DNA of 64,000 nt from Elusimicrobium minutum (GTDB taxonomy: Bacteria; Elusimicrobiota; Elusimicrobia; Elusimicrobiales; UBA9959), in assembly GCA_020723765.1 (NCBI GenBank), contig DYIF01000006.1:5486-69485 (forward strand), written 5' to 3'. The position numbers and the translations under genes are program-made. The notes beneath the pieces are model-generated. The model was not told the DNA's origin, made no database searches, and saw nothing but the letters and a program-made list of their open reading frames with translations. Shown piece after piece: positions 18,665 through 28,423 of this stretch; position 1 is the first letter of the stretch, and each line of letters begins with the position of its first letter.

Positions 18665-20341
18665 ATGAGTTTAATAACGGGATTTTTTGTTTTTTTAAAT
18701 ATTTTCGGTTTTTGCGCCTCGGAGGATTCCATAATAAAAGCGATGAGCGACGAGCTTAAAGTTTCTTACGATAAGCTAAAAAACGCGGAACCTTATCCGC
18801 TTTATTTTATTCAGTATCAAACCTGGGTTTCGGATAACTATTCGGTCGGTTTAAAATTAGGCGCTATAACCGACGAAACCGATACCCACCAGGCGATTTT
18901 AACATGCGATATGAGAATCGGAAGCCCCGAGTTAGATTCAACTCACGAGATAAAGGGAAGCAAAAACTATTACGATAACTCCTACAATCTGGATATTTCT
19001 ATAATACCTTTAAACGACTACGATGCGGTAAGAGCCAATATTTGGGAGTTGACCGATAAGACTTATAAAAAAACTCTGGATAGGTATATAAAAATAATAG
19101 CCAACAAAAAATTAACCGCGGAGGAAGAGGATAAATCCGGCGATTTTATACCGGCTTTAAAACCCGAGGTTTTTTATTCGACTGTTTCCAAAGAAAATAT
19201 GGATAGAGATTATATAAAAGGTTTATTGAAAAAAGTTTCAGAAAAGGCTAAAAAATACGATTTTATAATAAACTCCGGGGTTTCCTTTTCCGCTTTAAAC
19301 AATACCAGATACATACTCAATACCGAAGGTTCAAAAATAATCGAGGGTAAAAGAAAGTATCTTATAGATTATTATATGACCGCAAGAACCGATGACGGGC
19401 TGGATATATCCAGATATAACTCTTATAGTTTTGAGGAGATAAAAGAGATGCCGGATGAAAAGAAAATATCCGCAGATTTTGAAAAATCGGTTTCGGAGTT
19501 AAAAAATCTTCTTGAGGCCAAAAATTTAGAGCCTTACCACGGTCCCGCCGTAATAGAAAACAGGGCCGCCGCGGTTTTCTGGCATGAGATATTCGGCCAT
19601 AGAATAGAAGGCCATAGGCAAAAAAGCGAAAAAGAAGGACAGACATTTGCCAAAAAAATAGGCGAGAAAATTATGCCGGATTTTATAACCATTTACGACG
19701 ACCCCAACTTAAAATATTACAAAGGAAAGTTTCTAAACGGCCATTATAATTACGACGACGAGGCGGTAAAATCGGAGAAGGCCGTTCTTGTGGAAAACGG
19801 GGTATTGAAAGGTTTTTTGATGCAAAGGGTTCCTTTAAAAGGATTTGACAAATCAAACGGACACGGCAGAAGAAGCGCTGGTTATATTACCGTATCAAGG
19901 CAGGGAAATCTTATTATGGAATCTTCCAAAACGGTTTCTTACGACGAGTTAAAGAAAATGTTAATAGACGAGATAAAGAAATCTAAAAAAGAATACGGTA
20001 TTATAATAAAGGATATAGAAGGGGGGTACACTTATACCACAAGGGATATGCCCCAAAGCTATACCATACTTATAAAATACGCGGTAAAAGTTTATCCCGA
20101 CGGAAAAGAAGAGCCTATCAGAGGGCTTAATATGATAGGAACTCCTCTCAATACTTTTCCAAAAATACTGGCTACGGGAAACGATTACGACGTTTTTAAC
20201 GGAAGTTGCGGAGCTGAGTCGGGGTGGGTGGATGTTAGCGCCGTTTCGCCCTCTTTGTTGTTTAGCGAAATAGAAACTCAAAAGGTCCAAAAATCTTCCA
20301 AAAAACCGCCGGTTTTAAAACCGCCTTATTATAAAAAGTAG
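18665..20341 (+). CDS. TldD/PmbA-family metallopeptidase homologue with signal peptide
   Basis: HExxxH-type motif WHEIFGHRIEGHR plus the GHGRR and NGSCG segments typical of TldD. Hydrophobic N-terminus. Confidence 0.7.
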   Translation: MSLITGFFVFLNIFGFCASEDSIIKAMSDELKVSYDKLKNAEPYPLYFIQYQTWVSDNYSVGLKLGAITDETDTHQAILTCDMRIGSPELDSTHEIKGSKNYYDNSYNLDISIIPLNDYDAVRANIWELTDKTYKKTLDRYIKIIANKKLTAEEEDKSGDFIPALKPEVFYSTVSKENMDRDYIKGLLKKVSEKAKKYDFIINSGVSFSALNNTRYILNTEGSKIIEGKRKYLIDYYMTARTDDGLDISRYNSYSFEEIKEMPDEKKISADFEKSVSELKNLLEAKNLEPYHGPAVIENRAAAVFWHEIFGHRIEGHRQKSEKEGQTFAKKIGEKIMPDFITIYDDPNLKYYKGKFLNGHYNYDDEAVKSEKAVLVENGVLKGFLMQRVPLKGFDKSNGHGRRSAGYITVSRQGNLIMESSKTVSYDELKKMLIDEIKKSKKEYGIIIKDIEGGYTYTTRDMPQSYTILIKYAVKVYPDGKEEPIRGLNMIGTPLNTFPKILATGNDYDVFNGSCGAESGWVDVSAVSPSLLFSEIETQKVQKSSKKPPVLKPPYYKK

Positions 20342-20351
20342 AGGAGGAAGG

Positions 20352-22016
20352 ATGAAGTTTTTATTGGTTATAATTTTAAATATTTCTTTTTTAAACGCCA
20401 ACGATGTTTATTTGAAAGCGATGAAAGACGAGATAGAAAGAAATACTAAAAATCTTGTTATGGAAGGCTTCTCGGCTCCGTATTTTTTGGCTTATACGAA
20501 TTACGATAACGATTACTGCGAGGTTTCGCTTAGCTTCGGAGATGTGGAGTATAAAACCGAAGATAGAATGAACGTGGTTAAATCTGAGTTAAGAGTAGGA
20601 AACAGAAAATTCGATAGCTCAAATTACGCAAGCGATTTAAATAAATATACGCCGTATTATACTTACCTTCCTCAGGAACCAGATTATGACGCTATAAGGC
20701 AGTCATTGTGGTATCTTACCGACGAGGCTTATAAAAACGCCATAGATTTGTATTCCAAAAAAGAAGGGTACAGGAAAAATAAGGATATAAAAGAAATATA
20801 CGACGAGATTTCCGATTCCCCAAAGGTAGAATATTTTCAAAAAGGTGGAAGGTTTAAAGAAAGTTGTTCCAAATACGAAAAAATTTTAAAAGAGATATCC
20901 GCTCTTTCAAAAAAATACGATAAAATAAAATCTTCCTCGGTAAGGTTTTATCATTCTTACGAAACCAAAAGATACGCAAACTCGGAAAATAGTTCTTTTA
21001 TAACCTCTTATCCCATTTACTCTCTTTCAATAACTGCCGAGATTATGGACAAAAACGGTTTTGTTAAAAAAACGGATAAAAAATTCATATTCGATTCCGA
21101 CAGATATATTAACGAAGCTCTCGTAAAAAAAGCGGATTCTTTTTTAAAAGAGGTTTCGGATACTTATAACTCGGAAGTTTTGGATTATTACTTAGGTCCC
21201 GCCGTATTTGAAGAGGATGCGGCCGTAGAATTTTTTAATAATCTTTTTGTTAGAAACATATCTTTTTATCCGCCGGTTGAAACGGATAAAGAAGAGTATC
21301 TTAGATATTATTACGATGTTCCTAAACTTGTGGATAGGATAGGCAAAAGAGTCATTTCCGGTTTTATAGATATATACGACGATCCTACCGTTAAAGAATA
21401 CGATGGCGAGTATCTTGCCGGTAATTATTATATAGACGACGAAGGTGTTATGGTTAAAAAGTTAAACCTTGTAGAAAACGGAGTTTTAAAAAACATATAT
21501 ACTTCTAAAAGGCCTAACAAATATTCTTCTCAGTCCAACGGACACTCAAGAGGCGGTTATTATATGTATAATTACCCGACCTCCGGAAACGTTTTTATAA
21601 ATTCCAAAAAAACTTTAAGATACGAAGAGTTAATTTCCGAAGCCAAAAAAATGGCAAAAGAGCAGAATATGGCTAATATTCTGGTGGTAAGAAAATTATC
21701 CTCGTCTTATACAGAGGATGTGCTTGGTGAGCCGTCGGTGGCTTATCTTCTGGACATAAATACCGGCGAGAAAAAATACATATCCGATTCGAAATTCGAG
21801 GGTATGGGTTTAAGGTCTTTAAGGGACATAGTTTATACCGAAGATAAAAAGTATGTTTATAATTTCGAGCAAAAAGGGCCTTTTTATAACAGCCAGAGCG
21901 TTAACTCCTCAATAATAGCTCCTAAAAGCATACTTATCAACGAGATAGAGCTTATTAAATCGGATAAAAAACCCGACAAAAAGCCTTATGTGCCTCATCC
22001 GTATTTTAATAAATGA
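20352..22016 (+). CDS. TldD/PmbA-family homologue (PmbA/TldE-like, no HExxxH) with signal peptide
   Basis: Collinear with the upstream paralogue (LGPAVFEEDAAVEFF, NGHSRGG) but the metal-binding HExxxH is absent (FNNLFVRNISF). Confidence 0.6.
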   Translation: MKFLLVIILNISFLNANDVYLKAMKDEIERNTKNLVMEGFSAPYFLAYTNYDNDYCEVSLSFGDVEYKTEDRMNVVKSELRVGNRKFDSSNYASDLNKYTPYYTYLPQEPDYDAIRQSLWYLTDEAYKNAIDLYSKKEGYRKNKDIKEIYDEISDSPKVEYFQKGGRFKESCSKYEKILKEISALSKKYDKIKSSSVRFYHSYETKRYANSENSSFITSYPIYSLSITAEIMDKNGFVKKTDKKFIFDSDRYINEALVKKADSFLKEVSDTYNSEVLDYYLGPAVFEEDAAVEFFNNLFVRNISFYPPVETDKEEYLRYYYDVPKLVDRIGKRVISGFIDIYDDPTVKEYDGEYLAGNYYIDDEGVMVKKLNLVENGVLKNIYTSKRPNKYSSQSNGHSRGGYYMYNYPTSGNVFINSKKTLRYEELISEAKKMAKEQNMANILVVRKLSSSYTEDVLGEPSVAYLLDINTGEKKYISDSKFEGMGLRSLRDIVYTEDKKYVYNFEQKGPFYNSQSVNSSIIAPKSILINEIELIKSDKKPDKKPYVPHPYFNK

Positions 22017-22069
22017 GTTATAAACATCGGCTTTTGTAATTGGTAAAATATTATTATAAGGAGATTATT

Positions 22070-23626
22070 ATGAATAAAGTTTTATTGATAGTTAGAGACG
22101 GATGGGGAATAGGAGACCCAAACGATAAGTTTAACGCGGTAAAAGCCGCAAAAACTCCAAACATAGATTTTTATTTGAAAAATTATCCTAACACCGTTCT
22201 TGACGCTTCGGGCGAAGCCGTGGGGCTTCCCAAGGGATATCAGGGCTCAAGCGAGGTCGGTCATTTGAATATGGGTGCGGGGAGGATAGTAATTCAGGAG
22301 CTTAAGAGAATCAAAGATATGATAGAAGACGGAAGCTTTTTTGAAACTGAAAATTTGAAAAGAGTTTTGTTAAACGCAAAAAATAAAGGTTCGGCTCTTC
22401 ATCTTATGGGTCTTGTCCAGGACGAGGGGGTTCATGCTCATCAGGACCATATGTATTCGATAATAAACAAAGCTTTGGAGATGGGAATAAAAAATATTTA
22501 CATCCATTTTTTTGCCGACGGCAGAGATACTCCTCCCAGAAGCGGTATGGGATACCTTAAAATGCTTATGGATTTTATAAAAGACAAGCCGGTGGTTAAA
22601 ATAGCCACCGTTATGGGAAGATATTACTCAATGGATAGGAACGAAAGCTGGAAGCTTACCGATATGGCTTATAACGCCATAACCAGAGCCGAAGGCAAAA
22701 AATATAAAACCGCTTTGGAAGTATTCGAAGACGCATATTCTAACGGCAAACAACCTAACGGCGAGCCTATGGTTGACGAGTATATAGAGCCTTCGGTAAT
22801 AGGCGATTATCCGGGAGTTAAGGACGGAGATTCGGTTATACATTTTAATTTCAGGCAGGATAGGGCCATACAGCTTACAAAGGCGTTTGTCGAAGACGAT
22901 TATAAAGGCGATAGATGGAAAAAATTGGATATATCTTACTGCGGGCTTACCAAGTACTACGACGAGTTTAAATTTTCCGCTCTTCCTCCCATGGACGAGG
23001 GCGGGAATATGAACAATCTTTTGGGAGAAATCATATCCTTAAACGGAATGAAACAGATGAGGTTATCCGAGACTCAAAAGTTTAAGCATGTGACGTCTTT
23101 CTTTAACGGTAAAAGAATAGAACCTTATAAAAACGAAGACAGAATAGAAATAAAAGGAAGATTCGATCCTTCGAGTTTCGCTCAACATCCCGAGATGGAA
23201 GCTTATATAGTGGCGGATAAAGCGGTAGGTGTAATAAAAGAAAAAGATTACGACTTTATGCTGATAAACTTCGCAAACGGGGATATGGTTGGCCATACGG
23301 GAGATTTCAACGCGGCAAAAAAAGCGGTTGAGGTCGTGGACGAATGCGTCGGCAAGGTGGTTGGCGAGGCGCTTAAAAAAGATTATGTCGTTATGATAAC
23401 CGCAGACCACGGAAACAGCGAAGAGATGTGGGATTATAAAATCAATATGCCCAAAACTTCTCATACCACAAATCCGGTCGAGTTTATACTTGTAGGAAAT
23501 AACGTAAAAAACATTAAACTTAGAGAAAGAGGCATATTGAGCGACATAGCGGTTACCATAATAGATTTTTTGGGCATAAAAAAACCGAAGGATATGACGT
23601 CGGAAAGTTTGATAATGCATAATTAG
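22070..23626 (+). CDS. gpmI: 2,3-bisphosphoglycerate-independent phosphoglycerate mutase
   Basis: LLIVRDGWG, SEVGHLNMGAGR, FADGRDTPP, NFANGDMVGHTG and ITADHGN motifs. AAGGAG lies 5 nt upstream of the ATG at 22070, so I prefer it to the TTG at 22040. Confidence 0.9.
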   Translation: MNKVLLIVRDGWGIGDPNDKFNAVKAAKTPNIDFYLKNYPNTVLDASGEAVGLPKGYQGSSEVGHLNMGAGRIVIQELKRIKDMIEDGSFFETENLKRVLLNAKNKGSALHLMGLVQDEGVHAHQDHMYSIINKALEMGIKNIYIHFFADGRDTPPRSGMGYLKMLMDFIKDKPVVKIATVMGRYYSMDRNESWKLTDMAYNAITRAEGKKYKTALEVFEDAYSNGKQPNGEPMVDEYIEPSVIGDYPGVKDGDSVIHFNFRQDRAIQLTKAFVEDDYKGDRWKKLDISYCGLTKYYDEFKFSALPPMDEGGNMNNLLGEIISLNGMKQMRLSETQKFKHVTSFFNGKRIEPYKNEDRIEIKGRFDPSSFAQHPEMEAYIVADKAVGVIKEKDYDFMLINFANGDMVGHTGDFNAAKKAVEVVDECVGKVVGEALKKDYVVMITADHGNSEEMWDYKINMPKTSHTTNPVEFILVGNNVKNIKLRERGILSDIAVTIIDFLGIKKPKDMTSESLIMHN

Positions 23627-23656
23627 TTTTTTTCGGTTTTAAAAGGTCCGGATTTT

Positions 23657-24130
23657 ATGAATAATTATGCTTTTATAGATAGCCAGAATGTAAATCTTTC
23701 AATAAAAGGAATGGGGTGGAAGTTAGATTTTGCAAAATTCAGAATTTATCTCAAAGATAAATATGATATAACAAAAGCTTTTCTTTTCATCGGCTATGTC
23801 CCGGAATTTCAAAATTTATATACTGATTTGCAAAAATATGGTTATATTATAGTTTTTAAACCCACATTAAAACTTCCTAATGGAAAAGTTAAAGGCAATG
23901 TCGATGCTGAGATGGTTTTAACCGCAGTTACCGAAATAAATAATTACGAAAAATGTTTGATTGTATCCGCAGATGGAGATTTTTATTGTCTTATAAGATA
24001 TTTAGCCGATAAGAATAAATTATTGAAACTTATGATTCCAGACAGGAATAAATATTCTTCGCTTTTGAGAAAATTTTCTAATTATATGGTTTTTATGAAC
24101 GACCTGAGAGCTAAGTTAGAAGAAAAATAA
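23657..24130 (+). CDS. NYN-domain (LabA/DUF88-like) protein
   Basis: AFIDSQNV ... GNVDAEMVLTAV ... IVSADGDF pattern of NYN/LabA ribonuclease-like domains. Confidence 0.75.
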   Translation: MNNYAFIDSQNVNLSIKGMGWKLDFAKFRIYLKDKYDITKAFLFIGYVPEFQNLYTDLQKYGYIIVFKPTLKLPNGKVKGNVDAEMVLTAVTEINNYEKCLIVSADGDFYCLIRYLADKNKLLKLMIPDRNKYSSLLRKFSNYMVFMNDLRAKLEEK

Positions 24131-24132
24131 AA

Positions 24133-24174
24133 GGGAGGCATTGCCTCAGGACATAACCTTTTGGTTTGCCTCCC
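24133..24174 (+). other. GC-rich stem-loop downstream of the NYN gene
   Basis: GGGAGGCA (24133-24140) pairs with TGCCTCCC (24167-24174). An inner AACC-TTTT-GGTT mini-hairpin is present. A competing TGCCTC at 24142-24147 could pair instead. No U-tract follows. Confidence 0.3.
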
Positions 24175-24205
24175 ATCGTGATACTTATATTTTATATGAT
24201 TTTGA

Positions 24206-24454
24206 ATGAAAAATCAATATATGGATAAGCTTATAAAAGTTAAAGTAAAAGCGGATGAAAAGGAAAACTCGGTAGAAAAACTTAAAGAAGACGAGTTTCT
24301 GGTTAAAACAAAAGCTCCCAGAAAAGAAGGCAGGGCGAACGAAAGCGTGATATGCATTTTGTCCGATTACTTTAATATCGATCCGTCCGGTATAAGAATT
24401 ATAAAGGGACATACCTCTTCTTCCAAAATATTTAGAATAAACGATAAGAAATAG
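24206..24454 (+). CDS. DUF167 (YggU-like) protein
   Basis: 82 aa. VKTKAPRKEGRANESVICILSDYF...IKGHTSSSKIFRI matches the YggU pattern (P..GkAN ... G..sr.K). Confidence 0.65.
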   Translation: MKNQYMDKLIKVKVKADEKENSVEKLKEDEFLVKTKAPRKEGRANESVICILSDYFNIDPSGIRIIKGHTSSSKIFRINDKK

Positions 24455-24512
24455 GTTTTTGTAAAGTAAAACCGATTTGTGTTGCATAATTAAAATAATG
24501 TAAAATAAATTT

Positions 24513-25139
24513 ATGAAGAAAATCTTAGTAGTTAAGATTATAACCGCATTCTTGTCGTTATTTCTTGCCACGGTAATAATACTGATATTAAACGGCTTAA
24601 ATTCAGCCATAACCGATAATCAAAAATCTCCTGATTACAGGATAGAGGGAAAGAAAAACGCCAAGATCGTAATAATAGAATACTCCGATTTCGCCTGTCC
24701 AGCATGCGCAAATATGAACTTTTATATAAAAAATTTAATTAAATATTTCCCGGATGATTTTGAGATTAATTTCAAACACTTTCCTTTGACCAACATTCAT
24801 CCTTATTCTTTTAACGCCGCCGTATGGGTTGAGTGTGCGGGAGTCGAGGAAAATAAGTTTTTCGAGGTAGGGGATCTGTTTTTTAAAAATCAAAAGGAAT
24901 GGTGGAATAACAAAGATTATGTTAAGCTTTTTGAGAAATATACCAAAGAAGCCGGAGCGAATGTGGAAAAAATAAAGAAATGTTTTAACGAATCCAAGAC
25001 GGTGGATATGGTTAAAAAGGATATCCAAAACGCTGATAAAATGAAGTTGAACTCAACGCCTACGTTTTTTGTAAACGGTAAGATCGCGGTCGGGGGAATG
25101 GAACTTGTAGAGGCGATAAAGAAGGAGAAAGGGAAATGA
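24513..25139 (+). CDS. DsbA-family thiol:disulfide oxidoreductase
   Basis: N-terminal TM/signal segment. Thioredoxin-fold CxxC (FACPACA) and STPTFFVNGK. Confidence 0.8.
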   Translation: MKKILVVKIITAFLSLFLATVIILILNGLNSAITDNQKSPDYRIEGKKNAKIVIIEYSDFACPACANMNFYIKNLIKYFPDDFEINFKHFPLTNIHPYSFNAAVWVECAGVEENKFFEVGDLFFKNQKEWWNNKDYVKLFEKYTKEAGANVEKIKKCFNESKTVDMVKKDIQNADKMKLNSTPTFFVNGKIAVGGMELVEAIKKEKGK

Positions 25140-25609
25140 GTTTTGAAAAAAGAAGGGAAATAGTTTCTTTCCTTATGAGGGCGATGGTCGGTGCGGTTCT
25201 TATTTACTCCGGTTATATAAAAATATCCGAGCCTTTGGAATCTTTTATCTCTTCAATTTTAAGCTATAAAGTGGTCGGGGAAAACATCGCGTATTACTCG
25301 GCTTTGATTCTTCCCTGGGCGGAGGTTTATATCGGAGTTCTTTTGATTTTAGGCCTTTTTACGAACTGGATGACAAAAGCCGCTTTTCTGTTATTTTGTT
25401 TTTTTGAGATTTTGCTTTTGCAGGCTATGATAAGAGGTCTTGAGGTTGTAAACTGCGGATGTTTCGGCTCAAAACACTCAAATCCAATAGGAGTGGAGTT
25501 TGCCTTGAATTTGATATGGCTTTTTTTCATTTTTATGGCTTATAAATATTCTTATCATTTTTCATTAGATAAATTCATAGAGAAGAAGTATAATTCGAAT
25601 GAAAAATAA
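25136..25609 (+). CDS. MauE/DoxX-family membrane protein
   Basis: 4 TM segments and the NCGCFG motif. ATGA-coupled to the DsbA-like gene. Confidence 0.6.
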   Translation: MSFEKRREIVSFLMRAMVGAVLIYSGYIKISEPLESFISSILSYKVVGENIAYYSALILPWAEVYIGVLLILGLFTNWMTKAAFLLFCFFEILLLQAMIRGLEVVNCGCFGSKHSNPIGVEFALNLIWLFFIFMAYKYSYHFSLDKFIEKKYNSNEK

Positions 25610-26342
25610 ATATTTTTTTTGGGGTCTGGTTTCGTTTGTTTTTTTATCTTTTACGCTTAAGGGTTATATTAAAGAAGAAAATAAAGATACGATATGGCTT
25701 TACATAACGTATCCGGATAAAAAATTGGATTATTATATAGAGGTTAGCATAGACGGCGAGGTGCTTCTAAGAATTGCAGACGGCAAAAAAAAGATAGTCA
25801 AGGAAGGAACGATTAAAAGAATGTACGCCAAAGATTTTTTCAGAGAAACAAAAAATTCGGATATAATGAATTATTCCAAAAACATAGACCTTTCAAAGAT
25901 GTTGTTTTACAGGGGAGAGCTTGTAAAAATATCCGCGAATGTTCAGGGGGAGATAAGAAGGGTGGTTTCGCCCCTGGATAGGTTTTCTCAAACATTCGTT
26001 TACGCCTTTAGACAGGTTTATAACGAGGCGATAAATCTGCCCAATACCGACAAATATGTTTCTTTCATATATGCGGCTCCTCTTGAGGGAGAAATTTATA
26101 ATCAGTTCGTTAAAAAAGTGCCTTCCAATTACAAAATGCCGTTGATAGAGACAAGAGAATTAAAAAATAACAAATACATATTTAAGGCCATAAACAACCC
26201 GTGGAGAATGATACCTATACCGTCAAAAGAAGAGGAAAACACGATTTCCGAATTTATAACCTCAAAAAACCTTTACGGCATTAAATCAGCTTTTTATTTA
26301 GGAACCACCAGAGGAAACTATCAGCTTTCCATATCCGAGTGA
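25599..26342 (+). CDS. Hypothetical secreted protein
   Basis: 247 aa with an N-terminal signal-like segment (FFWGLVSFVFLSF). No motif recognised. Confidence 0.45.
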   Translation: MKNKYFFWGLVSFVFLSFTLKGYIKEENKDTIWLYITYPDKKLDYYIEVSIDGEVLLRIADGKKKIVKEGTIKRMYAKDFFRETKNSDIMNYSKNIDLSKMLFYRGELVKISANVQGEIRRVVSPLDRFSQTFVYAFRQVYNEAINLPNTDKYVSFIYAAPLEGEIYNQFVKKVPSNYKMPLIETRELKNNKYIFKAINNPWRMIPIPSKEEENTISEFITSKNLYGIKSAFYLGTTRGNYQLSISE

Positions 26343-27197
26343 TTATTTGTAAAACCAGATTATATCCGCATACTCCGATACTTCTTTCAATTTTTTCTCG
26401 TCGTTTTTGGTTTCTTCTTTTTCGGTATAGACGCTTAAATGGTTAAATCCTTTAGTTCTTTCTTTTACCGACCGTGGTATGGCCGCGTTATACATTATGT
26501 GGCCGTTTCCGGCTATTACTACAAAAGAATAATCTTTGTTTTTGTTTAAAAAATCGCTTACACCTTCGCCCATAGTTTCGTTCCATACGGCCATGGAAAG
26601 TAGATAGTTTTCGAATGTCATTATTTTGTTCATCGGGTTATCCCCGTGGCCCGAAAAAGTTTCTTTAAGATAATCTATATATTTTTTATTGTCGGTTATT
26701 TTAATTTCTCTGGCTATCAATTTTTTTTCTTCTTCGGTTAAACTTTCAAGCCCACCCCGGGCGACTTTTGAAACTATTTTTCTCGGGATATTTAACGCTA
26801 AAGCTTTTAATTTTTTCTCTTTTATGAAATCGAATATCGGTTTGTAAAGGTTATAATCGAATCCCCACTCTTTTTTCCAGTCTATTTTAGATAAAAACTC
26901 TTCTTCCGAAATGTTTCCGTTTATATATTCGTCAAGTATCGGTTGTAAAGTTTTATTTAGCATTTCAAAACCCACGCAGATCTTATCCCCTTTCTTTGAG
27001 TAAAGCGTTTTAATGGCTTTGAGCTGTATTTCGTGAGAGCCTTTCTGATCGTGTTGTTCGCCGACGTATAAAATATCGGCTTTTTTAATAGTTTTTTCCA
27101 ATTTTTCTTGAGATATGAACTTGTTTTTTTTGTAATAATCTGTCATATCCGAGGCGAAAAGAACAAAAGGAATAAAAAATATGGGTATTATTTTCAT
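26343..27197 (-). CDS. ChaN/Tiki-like (haem-binding uptake family) protein
   Basis: Signal peptide plus ILYVGEQHDQKGSHEIQL (GEQH motif of PF04187-type proteins). Confidence 0.6.
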   Translation of the reverse strand: MKIIPIFFIPFVLFASDMTDYYKKNKFISQEKLEKTIKKADILYVGEQHDQKGSHEIQLKAIKTLYSKKGDKICVGFEMLNKTLQPILDEYINGNISEEEFLSKIDWKKEWGFDYNLYKPIFDFIKEKKLKALALNIPRKIVSKVARGGLESLTEEEKKLIAREIKITDNKKYIDYLKETFSGHGDNPMNKIMTFENYLLSMAVWNETMGEGVSDFLNKNKDYSFVVIAGNGHIMYNAAIPRSVKERTKGFNHLSVYTEKEETKNDEKKLKEVSEYADIIWFYK

Positions 27198-27199
27198 AA

Positions 27200-28423
27200 T
27201 TATATTTTATATTTTTTTAATAATCTCAAAGTTATTTCTTTTATTTCTCTTTTTGTCAAAAAGGAATTTTCGCAAAAAACTTTTATTTTTTTAGGGTCGT
27301 ATTTGAAAGATATGTTTTCTTTGAAAAAATCGTATTTAAATTTTAATTTGTATTTTTCTGGATTTTCATACTGAGGTGTGGAGGGGTAAGGGGTATTCGG
27401 CGTTACGTCTATGTCGTCCGGTTTGTTTTCTTCTATCCATCTTTCGGTTAACTCTTCGTCTTTTCTGGTGGAAAAAGGAAGCCCCACGACTATAAAAGCT
27501 TTGAATCTTATCCCGTATTTTAAGGCTAATTTTCTCGCTTTTGTGTTTGTTTCCGTCGTGGTTCCTTTTGAGGCGAGTTTTAAAACCCTGTCGCTTCCCG
27601 ATTCCACTCCGACCGTCATTTCCACGCACCCCGATTTTTTAAAAAGTTTAACCGACTCTTCGTCCAATAGATTGGCTCTCATCGGAGCTCTCCACAAATA
27701 TTTTCTTTTCGTAAGCATAAGAGCGAGGCTCATCGAATAGTTTTTGTCGGCGTTGAACTCGTCGTCGTAAAACATAAAAGCGCGGTAGCCGTAAGTTTTA
27801 TTTAGATAATCCATCTCCTCTACTACGCTTTTCGGATCTCTGAACCTTAGTTTTGAGTAATAATCCAGAGCTCTTCCGCAGCAAAAAGCGCATTTATAAG
27901 GACATCCTAAATGGGAAATTAGGCTTGTAGCCGGAAAACCGTTAATTTTGTAGTTGTATTTTTTGACGTTTATCAAATCTCTGGCCGGCATTAATATGTT
28001 TTTTATGTCGGAAATTTCGTTTTTAATAAATTTTTCTTTTGAGTTTATTATTTTATCTGCGGAGAGGAAACCGTCCCCTATTATTACCTTGTCGAACCTC
28101 GAAAGGGATTTTGGGATTATGGTGGCGTGATGTCCGCCTATGAGGGTTAAAATATTTTTGCTTATTTTTTTCGTTTCTTTAAAAAGCTTGACGACATAGG
28201 GAATGTCGGGGGTGGTTGAAGTAAAACCCACGCAATCCGGAGAATTTTTTTTGAGTAACAGAGCGTATTTTTCAATATAATTTTTTTCTCCGGTTAGATC
28301 GAAAACCTTAACGTTATGGCCTTCTTTTCTTGAATAAGAAGCGAAATACAGCGGACCCAGTGACGGAAATGCGGTGTCGGATGTCATATAAGGAGAGGGA
28401 GGAATTACTATCGCTATTTTCAT
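27200..28423 (-). CDS. B12-binding-domain radical SAM protein
   Basis: CxxxCxxC cluster motif GCPYKCAFCCG preceded by a Rossmann-like B12-binding N-domain. Confidence 0.8.
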   Translation of the reverse strand: MKIAIVIPPSPYMTSDTAFPSLGPLYFASYSRKEGHNVKVFDLTGEKNYIEKYALLLKKNSPDCVGFTSTTPDIPYVVKLFKETKKISKNILTLIGGHHATIIPKSLSRFDKVIIGDGFLSADKIINSKEKFIKNEISDIKNILMPARDLINVKKYNYKINGFPATSLISHLGCPYKCAFCCGRALDYYSKLRFRDPKSVVEEMDYLNKTYGYRAFMFYDDEFNADKNYSMSLALMLTKRKYLWRAPMRANLLDEESVKLFKKSGCVEMTVGVESGSDRVLKLASKGTTTETNTKARKLALKYGIRFKAFIVVGLPFSTRKDEELTERWIEENKPDDIDVTPNTPYPSTPQYENPEKYKLKFKYDFFKENISFKYDPKKIKVFCENSFLTKREIKEITLRLLKKYKI

